Shown piece after piece: positions 25,131-37,940 of a stretch of 64,000 nt of DNA. Within the stretch, counting starts at the first letter, position 1, and each line of letters begins with the position of its first letter. The translations under genes were made by a program, and so were the position numbers. The stretch covers positions 359,476,001-359,540,000 of the forward strand of contig OZ024743.1 in NCBI GenBank assembly GCA_964016885.1, read 5' to 3'. Under the pieces are notes generated by a model. That model was not told the origin of the DNA and did no database searches. It saw only the letters and a list, made by a program, of their open reading frames with translations. This stretch comes from Eledone cirrhosa (Eukaryota).

Positions 25131-28100
25131 AGCTGCATTTATCTTGCTTTATGTTCATACGAGTTATCACCAATTCACAACCAGTGACCTCAAGAGACAA
25201 GGTCCGCCATGTTCAAGAAAGAACATACATACACACACATGCATCTTTAGGTGTTTAGACTTGTGATGTACTTATATTGACAGAATCTTCCTTAGTATAT
25301 GGGCAGTTCCCCTTAGTACTATCTTTTGTATTTCTCCTATACGCGGGTTTCCCGGGATTTGCGATAAGTAATCATTAGACCACTTAGGTATCATTCCTAG
25401 AGCGCCTACAACCACTGGTATTGTTTTAGTTCTCAATTTCCACATTTTTCCAATTTCTATCTCCAGGTCCTTATAGTTGCTCAATTTTTCAAATGTTTTT
25501 ATAGATACATTCTTGTCTATTGGAACGGACATATCAATTAGCAGGCATACCCTCTTTTTAAAGTCCTTTAATATTATATCAGGTCTATTTGCATCTATTT
25601 TTCGGTCTGTTTGGATGCTAAAGTTCCACAAGATTGAGATGTGATCTTTTTCAAGTATGGGAGGTGGTTGATGCTCCCACCAATTCTTTTGATGGGGCAG
25701 GTCAAAATGCTTACACATTACCCAATGTATGTATTGTGCAGCTCTGTCATGCCTGTTTAGGTATTCGGTTGGAGCTATAGGACTGCACATTGAAATTATA
25801 TGGTCAATGGTCTCTGGTTGTTTTTTGCAACACGGCATAATGGGCTGCATCCATTTTTTATTATGTTGGCTTGGTAATTTTTTTGTTGGCAGACACTGAT
25901 CTTGTGCTGATATAATCAGTCCTTCAGTCTCCGATTTCAGTCCAGAGGATGCCAACCACTGATGGGTTAAAGTGAAATTTGTAGTCCATTACTGTATCTT
26001 TGTGAATCTTTTGTAATGGAATATGATCTTTTGATGCTTTCGTGTTTCAAAACGAGTTTGATCATCCAATCATGTGATTCCCTTAGATATGTAGATAATC
26101 CAATTGTTGCACTTTTCAACGCAATTTCTAACTGGACTAACCCACGTCTTCCTTCTTTCCTAGGGAGATATATTCTATCTATATCTGCCTTAGGGTGATG
26201 CATTCTGTGCATGGTTAAGAATTTTCTAATTTTTGTATCGAGCCTACGGATCTCTGTGCTTGACCAGTTGATGACATTGTAACTGTAGGTTACTACTGGT
26301 ATGGCAAGCGTGTTTATGGCATCGATCCTATTCCTTGCATTCAATTCCGTTCTTAAGATTGCTCTTACTCTGCGGTAACATTCCTTCCTTATCCTTTCCC
26401 TCATTGTCGAGTGCTTGATTCCGTCTCCTTCACAAACACCTAGATATTTGTAATTTTTTCTTGATCAAGTTCTCTTATCACGTTCCCCCGATCAAGATTA
26501 ATGTCTGAACTCTTCAGCAGCTTTCCTCTGGTGAACGTTGCTTTGGCGCATTTATCCAGTCCAAACTCCATTTTAATGTCATCACTGAACTGCTTCACAG
26601 TGGATAATAGCCCTTGCAATTGTTCATCATTTTTTGCAAATAGTTTCAGGTCATTCATGTAGAACAAGTGATTAATGGTTTTGTCATAGACTCTATATCC
26701 ATGTTTTGTTTCATTGAGCATTTTACTTAATGGTATAAGTGCGATGCAGAATAAAAGCGGTGATAAAGATTCACCATGAAAAATTCCACAATTAATATTA
26801 ACTTCTCCAGCTTCCAGTGATTTTGTTTCACTATTCAAAAGGAGTGTCGTTTTCCATGTCTTCATACTGAATGACAAAAACCTCCTGACAACGGGGGATA
26901 TTTTGAAAATCTCTAAACATTTTTCAATCCAACTGTGTGGCAAACTATCGAATGCTTTTTTATAATCTATCCAAGCAATCGATAGATTTTTGTGTCTATT
27001 ATGACAATCTTCCAGTATCATTTTGTTAACCAAAAGCTGATCCTTACAGCCATATGAACCTCGTTTACACCCTTTCTGCTTAATGGGAAATAGGTCATTT
27101 GTTATCAGGTGGTCATATGTGTATTCAGTTAGGACTGATGTTAAAATTTTATACATTGTGGTCAAGCAAGTTATCGGTCTGTAATTTTTGGGTTTGTTTG
27201 TCTCATCATTCTTCGGAAGCAGGAATGTAATGCCGTTAACTAGCCATGATGGTATCTTTTCTGGCTCCTTAACTATTTCATTGTAAAGTTGGGCTAACAG
27301 CTCATGAGACTCTGTGAAGGCATTTATCCAAACATTTTGTATTTTGTCTTTTCCTGGGGATTTCCATTTGCTGGTTTTTCTTAGAGCCAAGCGCAACTGT
27401 TCAACTGTTATGTTTTCCCATATTTGTTCCTCAAGATGAGCTGTATCTTTCATTTGTCTGTCTATCCATGGGGCATGTATGTTATGAACTTTTTCTTCGG
27501 CCCAGATCTTTTCCCAGAATTCTTGCACTTCCTCCTTGGGTGGTATTGATTTAGCAGTTATTGTTGACTTACCAATTTTTCTGTAGAAGTTTCTTTGGTT
27601 GTTTTTGCACATATTATTTGTCCTTATAGAATCTAGATCGTTTTTCAAAGCCCCTTATACGAGCAGCTTTGGCCGACACTTTTTGCTTGATTATTTCTAT
27701 CAGCATGTATATGTCACTTGTTGATTTTATACTATACTTTCTTTTCAATTTTCTAAGTTTATTTTGTTTAACATGTTCACCTACTTTATAGTTTGTTAAA
27801 ATTTCTATGTCAGATCGGAGAAGGTTTATTTGGCGATTGGTGTTCTCTTGCCAAGTAGATTTCTTGTGGGAATTACTTTGTTTTTTCATCTTCACTCCAC
27901 ATAAGTGAGTGGTGACTTTAGCCGATGCATAATAGAGATGATTTAAATCAGTAATGTTTAGTTTGTTTGTGATGATAATGTTTTTGACCCGGGTGACGGC
28001 CGATCCGGTATGAGGTTTTATCATTAGACATTTACTTTATTTTGTCGGGTTTTATCCTTATCCGCCAAGGGGTAATCATTTCGTGTTACCACTTCTAGAA

Positions 28101-28195
28101 CGAGTGTCAACCAAGACTAGAGGGGTCGTTCTCCCCTAGAGACACGGCTATTCCCCGCTGGCTGCCATCCCGGTATTTCTTGGTCACGGGGTTTT
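25131..28195 (-). mobile_element. Dong-A copy 2 (retains 5' UTR; 160-bp deletion near 25973; N-terminal domain missing at the junction near 27985)
   Basis: ~97% identical to copy 1; RT GIFHGESLSP and LFYMNDLK; RLE domain; (ATT)n flanks. Confidence 0.92.
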
Positions 28196-28424
28196 ATTAT
28201 TATTATTATTATTATTGGCGACCTACGTAGTAAATCGTATCATCGTGAGCTCCGCAAAGGTTTGTTATTTCCGTTTGTTAAAAATTGCCATTTATGGAAA
28301 ATTTTATTGTTAACTGTTTATAAGCACACATACATTGTTTTCCGAAAAGGACACCCCAAAAGATTGGGGCCTTGTGCCCAAAATTTTAACTTTTATTATT
28401 ATCCAAAAATTTCTTTGAAAAAAA

Positions 28425-30413
28425 ATGGCTAATTCCCCTCTGCACGAAGCAGCTGAAAGCCTTCCTCACAAAATAACACCTCACACCGACACCACCATTG
28501 TAAATGTTACTACGTTTGCCAACACAAAAAAAAATATAAGCAGTAGCAATATTTTAAATTTGTCTCAGGCAGACATTCATTTCCCGCCATTACCAATGAC
28601 TGCAGGTGTTAAAGCCTCCACCACCACCACCACCGCGACAACCACCACCCCCACCACCACCGCGACAACAGAAACAAAAGAAGAAAATAATAAATTAACT
28701 CGTGATGTCGAAATGAAATCAAGCAAAATGGACTCTTCCGCACCAAAGACGAATGACGTCACCACCACCACAACTGAAACAAAAATTAAGATGAACACAA
28801 ATAACGATAGCAACAACAACAACAATGACATTATAAAACCGACCCTCAGTTTCGCCATCGTAGCAAAACAATTCGAAGCGTTCACGGTAACTGAAGAAGA
28901 TTTAGAAAATGCCAAACAAATGGTAAAGAAAGATGGGTACAGGGTCAGCCTCACCCCCCACCTAATAAAATGGAGCATCGGCGCCTGTGCACCGTGTCGT
29001 ATAGAACAATAAATGTAAAATCGCGCCGAGTGGAACGGGCATCCGAGTCCCAAATCCAAAAAGCTTTGGGACATGTGTGGGCAAGAAAAACCCACATCAG
29101 ACGTGGGCAAAAGTATGGAACCGTGGATGTGTTCTTTGAAACACCAGAGGAGGCTAGAGAACACTCCATGGCCCCATTAAAAAGTGACGACCTCACACTC
29201 GTCCCAAGCTATTGTGACCAGAGACTCGTAAAGATCAGGGTGACCCACGTTCCACCGGCCATCGAAATTCCATGGCTAATAGCGGCTGTCCTCGCCGGCA
29301 TCGAAGTCAACACGAGAATAATAGCAGTAGCAAAAGAAAAGCAGGAAAACTGGTCCGGATCTGGGATGGAGCTCCTGATCCAAGCGGACCAAAAAAGCAT
29401 TGAGGAGATCCCAGAGGTAATAGACCTCACTGACGGCAGCCACCTCACGGTAATTGTCGAGGGCAGAAGACCTAGGTGTGTCGTTTGTGGTGAAGGAACC
29501 CACCTAAGGGCTTTCTGCCCTCAGGCTAAAAGGTTGAGGCCACCTCTCCTACCCACCCCAGTGACACAACCATCAACACCACCAGTAGCAGAGATGGCAG
29601 CAACAACTGTAGCAGCAACAACAGAAGCAACTATAACAGCAACAACCCCAGCAACAGTAGCAAAACCGACACCACTACCACCACCAGCAAAACCAACACC
29701 ACCACCACCCAACGCTTCAGAACTAGCACCAGCGCCTACACCATCCACCACACCACAACCAAAACTAACGGCTGTGGAGGATTTTCCACTCCCCGGCCTA
29801 TCACAACTGGAGACAGATTGTGACGACGAGGAGTGGGAAACGATATCCGGAAAAAAAAAAAGAAACCAAAAAAGAAAAAATTCTCTTCCTTCTCCCTCCA
29901 AAAACACAGAGGGAAACAAATAAACTAAGAAACAAAAAAGTTAGGACAGATATGCCACCATCCACACCAGCATCACCAACCCCATCAACCCAAACACCAA
30001 CACCATCACCATCATTATCCCCAGCACCACCATCACCTACACCACAAAAGTCACCAAAATGCGAAACAGAAACAAACCCACAACAAACGCAAACAAAACA
30101 AAACAACCAAAACGATACACACTACACAGCATTAAATTTGAATAACAAGCAATTATTACACTACATCGAACACAACACCAGCATCACAGAAAAAGACTAC
30201 ACAACAACCCCAAAATTCACACCACCTCCACACATACAAATCACTCGCATCACACAGAAAACGTACATGACACTAAAACAAAAATTCCCAAAAGACATCG
30301 GAGACTTCCGACAAGCACTCTCCAGGAGGATTTATAGGGACATCCTTCCTGAGGAGGCCACAAGCAGTGAAAAGGATGGAAAAGCCGTCCTTCCCCTACG
30401 AGAAGTAAGGTAA
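28425..30413 (+). pseudogene. Tx1-A ORF1 with two frameshifts (~28958, ~29903)
   Basis: Three overlapping ORFs reconstruct the copy-1 protein; CVVCGEGTHLRAFC. Confidence 0.85.
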
Positions 30414-30447
30414 GTGGTCTTTCCCATCTTTTCCACTCCTTTTCAAC

Positions 30448-33400
30448 ATGACCTCACTCAGAATAGGCAGCATAAATGCGCGTGGCTTGGGGTCGTCATG
30501 GAAGCAGGGTCACCTGCTCAACGACCTCAGGTCACTAAACATAGATGTAGTGGCCATCAGCGAGACCAGAATCTCCGAAGCACAGGCTTTCGCACCGATC
30601 TTCGGCGGCTACGATGTGTACGCATCTCCCAGCCGTCCGGGATCGGGGGGAGGAGTTGCTGTGCTTTTTCGGAGAGGTTTGGATCTTGCCATACGGGCCA
30701 TCTTCCTGGACCCAGAAGGTAAGTTGGTGGTGCTGGACGTGACCAGCGGAGACGGGCAAGCTTTCAGGTTAGTGGCCGTCTATGCCCCGACAGGAGCAGG
30801 GCGGCCTGATTTCTTCCGGCGTCTGGAGACCTTTCTTGGAACGTCCCGCTCTTTAGTGTTAGTGGGCGACTGGAACGGGATCTTAGATGCACGCTGGGAT
30901 TGTATGGCATTAGTGGATAGGGAAGGAGGGTGCAAGAGTCTCACCAACCTGCTCAGACGTTTTGAACTGTCTGACAGGTACCGAATGGATTTCCCGAATG
31001 TACCAATGTGGACTTGGACAAATCGCATAGGGTCATCAAGATCATATCTAGATAGAGTATTTTGTAGGGAAATAGATAGGTCTAGCATAGGCTGTCCACA
31101 ATTCAAGATAGTCAGCTACACGGACCACAAATTCGTGATCTGTGTGCTTGACTTAGATAGGCTTCATAGACGAGGACCCGGCTACTGGAAGCTAAACGCG
31201 TCCTTACCAGCGCGCAAGGCCTACAGAGACCGGATTAGCGAACTAGTTAAGCGGGCGTTGACGGGGGCCATCGTCAACAACAAGTGGTGGTTTGCTCTGA
31301 AAAGAGCAATTAGAATAGAGTCCATTAGGTTTAGTAAGACTTTAGCAATAGAGAAAAATAGAGCAGAGGGAGAATTAGTTAGAAAATTAGATGAGGCGCT
31401 TAGCAAAGGCATCGCGACCGACGTACTTGCGGCAAAATTGGCCCTTGACCAATTCTTCAATGCAAAGCACGAAGGCTGCGTTGTCAGAGCTAGGGTGCAT
31501 GCTCTCAGACACGAGGGGACGAAAGCCGTTCAATGGGCCCGAGTGGCGGAGGCGCGTCGTGGCAACAAAGCCACGATCTGGTCTTTGGTGGACCACGACG
31601 GGCGCATGCTACTCGATCCCGGGCAAATGTGTGAAGCTTTTCAGCGACACTTCGCTCAACTGTTCGGGGGCAGTGGCGGGCCGGATCGAGGGATGGACTT
31701 TAGTGTCTACCTCGACGGACTGCCGCTGCTTTCGGCCACTGAGGCGGAGTGTTGCGAAAAGCCGATAACAACCGCTGAAGTACGGGATGCAATGACTAGT
31801 TGCACAAGGGGTAAATCGCCTGGTTTGGATGGTCTGCCCTATGAACTTTACGTACAAATGCCAAACTTGTTCGGAGGCCTCTTGGCGGACGTCTACTGCA
31901 ACTGGCAACAGAACGGGAGAATTCCCAGCTCTGTGAGCCGAGGAGCGGTGGCGCTGCTGAGAAAGGATCCGAACAAGGGGGATAACATAGATAATTTTAG
32001 GCCCATAACTCTGCTAAACACAGAGTTCAAGATTTTGGCCAAGGTGCTAGCAAAGAGGTTGGCGCTTGTCGTTGGTGGTCTGGTGGGAGAGGCACAGACA
32101 TGCGCCATTCCCGACAGATCCATCCACGACAACCTCCACCTCATGCGATACATCGTAGAGAGGGTAGCTAGGGAACCTGGCACGGGTGGGTCTTTGATCA
32201 ATTTAGATCAGTCGAAAGCCTTCGATAGGGTCGACCATCGTTACCTAGCGGCAGTCCTGAGGGCGGCTGGCTTTGGGCCCGTCTTCAGAGGCTGGATCGC
32301 TGCCATGCACAGCGACATCTGCTCTGTAGTGAGAGTGAACGGTCACCTTTCGGAACCGTTCAACATCATGCGCTCGGTCCGCCAAGGATGTACCCTCTCG
32401 TTCCTATTGTACGTATTGACTCTCGAGCCATTACTGCACAAACTGGAGACGTTGAGGGGGGTCCCGCGCGAACTAGGATGCGGAAGATCCGTGTCAGCAT
32501 ATGCCGACGATGTCACCGTAGTGGTGTCGAACGCCAAACACATCGAGGCGATCGGCACTACACTAAGAGAATACGAAGCGGTGACAGGAGCAATGATCAA
32601 CCAGGAAAAGTCAGTGGGCCTGCAGCTCGGCACCTGGAGAGGCAGGTCCATGCCGTCCAACAGCGTCGTCGGGCGCTGGACGGACGGACCGGTTAAATTG
32701 CTAGGGGTCTGGTTCGGTCCAGACCTCCAGACGGACAAAAACTGGGACGAGGTGACGAGCAGGGTGGCTTCTCTCACCCAGAAATGGGCCGAGAGGAAGC
32801 TATCCCTGAAAGGTCGAGCGGAGGTGGCGAATGCGTACATCGCATCCGTCATCTACTACCGCCTGACCGTCGTACCTTGTCCTAAGCCCCGCCTGACTGC
32901 GCTGGAGCGTTTGCTCTTTCGCTTCTTGTGGAAGGGACGCGCTCCGATGGTCAGGCGGTCCATCTGCTGTCAACACCCGCTACGTGGAGGGCTGGGCATG
33001 CCGTGGCTGATGATGCGCAGACACGCGCTCAGGCTACGACATCTCCACCTCTTCCTCGACGGTGATCAGGTGTGGTCGCCGTTTGCAAGACGCGTTTTTC
33101 CCCAGCTCGTCTCCTTGACGGAGCTGCAGTCCTGGGTCAAGCGAAGACCGAGAGGGAGCGCTTGGAGACTGGAATGTCTTCAGGCGCTCACAGCCCTCGA
33201 CCAATCGGGCAATGTGATCGGTGGAAACTCCACCTTGGCGTTCTATAGGGGATTAGTGGAGGGGAAGAGCGACGACGTACTTGGAGAAACTCTAGGCGTC
33301 GACGAAAATCAACTAGCCAATCTCTTCGGAAGGACTTTCGGGCCGGGGCCTATGGACAACTTCCAGAAATCCCTGGCCTGACAGTGCTACCGAGGAGCTT

Positions 33401-33867
33401 TGCCAGTTCGGGATAAACTCTACAGGCATGGAGGTGCCGTCAGTCGGGCATGTCCGAGATGCGCGCAGGGCGACGAAACCGTCCTGCACGCACTCGTCCA
33501 ATGTCCGAGCATTGCTGACTTGTGGGTTTATGTCGAACACCTGCTGTCACGTGTAGGACGGATCCAGCTATCAGCTGAGTCCATCGTGAGGATTGCCCCG
33601 CCCCCTTCCTTTAGCCTGGAAGGGCAGGCAGTTTTTATCTGTCTGGTGGCCATGGCGAAAGAGATAGTATGGTGGACACGTTTGAAAGGGCTGAAGACGA
33701 GCACTTACCTCTTCGGTGATGCCCTGATTAACTTTTTCAAATTTCATTTGAAAAGGAAAATCAGGGTAGAGAGGGAAGTGCTCTCTTCCCAGCATTTTGT
33801 TGAAAGATGGGTGAGAGAAGCAAGTATGGCCCGAATGAATGGGCCTTCTCTGAGTATGTGTCTGTAA
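30448..33867 (+). pseudogene. Tx1-A ORF2, open for 977 aa (APE+RT), then a premature TGA at 33379-33381 before the zinc finger
   Basis: Copy 1 has TGG at the equivalent codon; the frame continues to 33867. Confidence 0.92.
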
Positions 33868-34109
33868 ATTAAAGGTGGAAAACTGGGAGAGGGCACTTGC
33901 CCTGGTGGTCAGGGCCACTGTGGTCTTTTAATGGGCTTTCTCCACAAATGTCCCTTGGAAGTCTCCCCCCTATTGGGGAATTTTTCTTTGTTATTTTATT
34001 TCAACCTCTGTTTTTTTACACGCAGAAATGCCCATTTGTACCGTCCTGTATTGTCCTGTACTGTCCTTAATGTCTACTTTATGTAAACCCTTGTGGTTAA
34101 TAAAGAAAA

Positions 34110-34160
<51 letters not shown>

Positions 34161-34162
34161 CT

Positions 34163-34193
<31 letters not shown>

Positions 34194-34218
34194 CATCCCC
34201 CATGGTTAGATTGGCTTT

Positions 34219-34293
34219 GTCGATAAAACAAAGCACCAGTAATGTATCGGGTCGATTTAATCGGCCTTCTCATCCGCCTTTCAAATAGAACAA
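34219..34293 (+). mobile_element. degenerate SINE 3' fragment between ATT arrays
   Basis: gtcgataaaacaaagcaccagtaatg…tagaacaaataattattatt. Confidence 0.5.
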
Positions 34294-34305
34294 ATAATTA
34301 TTATT

Positions 34306-36095
34306 ATGATTTGAAACTTTCTTTGACACCCAAATGATTCCACAAGGGCGGAAACAACAGTAAATGTCCTTGTAAAGGACATGGGCAGTACCAGCCAGCA
34401 CTATTTTCTGTATCTCTTGCAGCATTTGCTTTCCAGATATTCCAAATATTTTTAGTACCCGTTTTTGTCATTCCAAATGCGCAGACTATCACTGGCATTG
34501 TACAGGCCTTAACATGCCACCTTTTTTAATTTCAATTGATAGATATTTATACTTACTGAGCTTTCCGAACTCTTTCGAGGAGATGTTACAATCGGATGGA
34601 ATGTTCATGACAATTAAGAAACATGTTTTCTCTTAATGGTCCTTCACAATTATATCAGGTCTGTTGGCCTTGATTGTTTTGTCAGTATTCACAGGGAAAT
34701 CCCAAAGGATTGCTGTGTTCTTGTATCCTGTTACTGCATCTAGGTGATAGCTGTAACATTTCCCTCCGTTTCCAGATCATAAAACCTGCACATTAACCAG
34801 TATAAGTATTACCCCACTCTATCATGGTTCGTTTTATATGTCTAGAGAGCTAATACCTTGCAGCCTGAAACCAGGTGGTCAATGGTCTCAACATGCTCAT
34901 CACAAAATCGATACTTTTGGTCAGTTCCTTTTTTGATCACATTGGTTTGAAAGTTGCGCGTTGGGAAACACTGGTCTTGTGCAGCCAAAATGACGCATTC
35001 ACCCTCTGCCTCTAGCCAAGAACTCCGCAGCCACTGATGGGTGAGAATGGTGGCTTTAATTGCATAATTGCCATTATTATTTTTAATGGCAGTATCGGTA
35101 GAGGGTCGGACGCCATGTTTCCAGCATAGTTACGTCCCTTTACAATCTGAGTTCAAATCCCGCCGAGGTTGACTTTGCCTTTCATCCTTACGGGGTCGAT
35201 AAAATAAAGTACCAGTAATGCACTGGATAATTGCTGGCCTTGTGCCTAAAGTAGAAACAATTATTTTTAAACCGTATTCCCACTTCTTCCGCAAACTTCC
35301 TACTTTTCTTTGTGACTGAACGTAATCTTTTCCTCCCTTCGTGAACTGCGACCCTTTCCATCATCCAGGCATCTATGGTTTTAAGGTACTGAGTCCATGT
35401 ATGAAAGCTCTAGCTGGATCATTCCTCTATTTTGTCTAGGAAGATAGAGGCAATTGACATCTACTGCTAGGTGATGCATTTTATTACAGGTAAAAAGTTT
35501 CCTGATTTTGGTGTTCATTCTCTTAATTTCGTCAACGTTCAAATTCACAATATCGAAACTGAAGGTGACAATAGGGATTGCAAGCTCATTCATGACAGAT
35601 AATTTATTTCTATAGTTAAACTCCGTTTTCATGACTGCACATACACTCCGGTAGCATTCCTTCTTGATTCTTTTTTTCATGCCGGCGTGGTGAATACTTT
35701 GAATTTCATTGATCCCTAGATATCTGTAGGCTTGATCTTCGTTCCCTAATTACTGTATTCACATCTGTTTCCATTAAGTTAGTTCTTGTCATTCTGCCTT
35801 TCTTGAATGTTGCTTTGGCACATTTTTCATCATCGACGAACACCTTAACTGTCTTCAGCAGTCCCTCCAATTCGTTGTCGTTTTTAGCATACAACTAAAA
35901 GTCATCCATATAAAACAGGTGATTTATATTTTGTAGTCATATTTTGTTTTGGCGAGTGCTAAAGACAGCGGTGGGAGTGCAATGTAGAATATCAGAGGAG
36001 AAAACGTATCACCCTGAAAAATAGCACAGTTAATACACATGCTGCTGGAATTTATAATTCCATCACTGTGTGACAATGATAGGTTTGCATTTCAT
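34306..36095 (-). mobile_element. old R4/Dong-like LINE (Dong-C), degenerate
   Basis: KECYRSVCAVMKTE..NKL, YAKNDNELEGLLKTVK, EKCAKATF; GIFQGD-like and RPDI-like motifs in broken frames. Confidence 0.8.
35087..35259 (+). mobile_element. tRNA-type SINE inserted in Dong-C, 11-bp TSD attatttttaa
   Basis: A box tggcagtatcgg, B box gagttcaaatcc; TSD at 35076-35086 and 35260-35270. Confidence 0.9.
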
Positions 36096-36139
36096 TTAGA
36101 CATGTATTTCAGGACGTTTGATATTATGACACTAAAATA

Positions 36140-36325
36140 TCTCGAGATGATTGGTCCATGCGTGATTTGGAGTTCATTTTGCAAATAAAACCGGAACAGC
36201 AAAAACACATCCCGGATCCCGTTCACCTCTTGGATGGGGTTGCGATATAGGTGGCAACTGACGGCAAAAGGCCGCATTGTTTCGTTTGCAGTAAAACAAC
36301 ACATCTGTGAGCCTGCTGCCCTCAG
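36140..36325 (+). pseudogene. Tx1-type ORF1 zinc-knuckle fragment from a third family
   Basis: Hand translation DDWSMRDLEFILQ..IPDPVHLLDG..VATDGKRPHCFVCSKTTHL*ACCPQ aligns to Tx1-A ENWSGSGMELLIQ..IPEVIDLTDG..VEGRRPRCVVCGEGTHLRAFCPQ. Confidence 0.75.
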
Positions 36326-36750
36326 CTAAAAATGTTTTTTACATTCGTTTTGAGAATATTTTGTTTCATGTCGAATGATATTCATGAGTTTATATTTCTC
36401 GTTTGGTGTGGTGAGATTTTGAATTTCCTTAACATTAACGCGTTTCTGTTTGTAAAGTTCGTTAATGATTTTATATGTTATTCTTTTCATATTAATCGTT
36501 CAAGTGCGTTTTAGGCGTTCGGCTTGTTCTATGTTTAGAGGTAAATTATCTACTTGGTTTGTGATATTTGTCGTGTATATTTTGAAGGAAACAGTATTTT
36601 AAACACACATTTGTTCAGCTTGGCATAAGTTAGTGCCGAGACGGCGATGAATTTATTTTGCAGGGTTTTTAATATGAAATCGAGTGTTGAAACAAATATT
36701 GTTATATTTGGGAAGGGTCATATTGTTATAATATTGCCAGAAATAATAAT

Positions 36751-36933
36751 TGTTTCTACTTTTGGCACAAGGCCAGCAATTACCCAGTGCATTACTGGTA
36801 CCTTATTTTACCGACCCTGTAAGGACGAAAGGCAAAGTGAACCACGGCGGGATTTGAACTCAGACCGTAAAGGGACGTAACTATGCTGGAAAGCATGATG
36901 TCCGACTCTCTACCGATACTGCCAATCCACCGC
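36751..36933 (-). mobile_element. tRNA-type SINE, 14-bp TSD (attattatttctgg on the sense strand)
   Basis: ccagaaataataat at 36737-36750 and 36934-36947. Confidence 0.9.
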
Positions 36934-37232
36934 CCAGAAATAATAATAGAACACAGTCACTATTTGGTTTCGATTGGTTTTCTCTTCTGTAACGTTTATA
37001 TCTCCATAGTTAATTTATCTGGCAATCAATGTTTATCATTGATTGACCAACGGTTAAAAATACAGATATAAATATATATATATAGTCTATCAAAGTTCTT
37101 TTATCCCACACCTGTGACATCATCAGTGGTACTATTATGTTTCCCCCGTTGTATTGTAATGTCTACGCTATTTTTATTTGATTTATCTATTTATTCAGTG
37201 CTTGAATTTAATTGTATCAAAGTTTACCGTGA

Positions 37233-37274
<42 letters not shown>

Positions 37275-37766
37275 GGATTAACAAATAATAGTTAAATGCA
37301 GTCCACTTAGGTGAAGTCCAGTTATGGTATTCCAGGTAGTGGTTGATATTAACGCTTGGCTTGGTTTGACTCAACAAGGCGTTTTCATAGTGATGCTGCG
37401 GGTATGCTGTAATTCCTATGTTGTAAACACTTGGAGTAATAATAAATCAGGAAAGAAGGTTTACATGGTTTGCTATACAAAAAGTTTTTAATCACATAGC
37501 TTACATTTGTTTCACTGAACTGGTATGTCTAGAGATCGCTATCCGCTTAATTTTGCGTTACTCGATCGCCAATACAGAATTATAACCAGTCAGATCTTCG
37601 GAGCATGCGAGAATGAAGAAAATACACAGGCAAGAAAAGAAAAGAAAATACGGCTACTATATGGAGTAGTTATGGCATTCAATTAGAACAATAACAACAA
37701 TTACAACAATGCTATCAATAAACTATTTAAGGAGACCCTGGTCATTACTTAGGTGGGGGGTATATA

Positions 37767-37810
<44 letters not shown>

Positions 37811-37940
37811 TACACAAAACGCCACCATCAACAGTTTTCCAAGAGTGATCAACATCAATGGACCTGTTATTTTTATCTAAAGACACATTGTTTTCAATCC
37901 CACCCCGCCCGTCCCTTCAATCTATCTTATTTCCCAATCT

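Larger units (their letters stand above)
28217..34110 (+). mobile_element. Tx1-A copy 2, apparently full length, inserted in (ATT)n
   Basis: Same termini as copy 1 (ggcgacctacg…aataaagaaaac). Confidence 0.93.
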
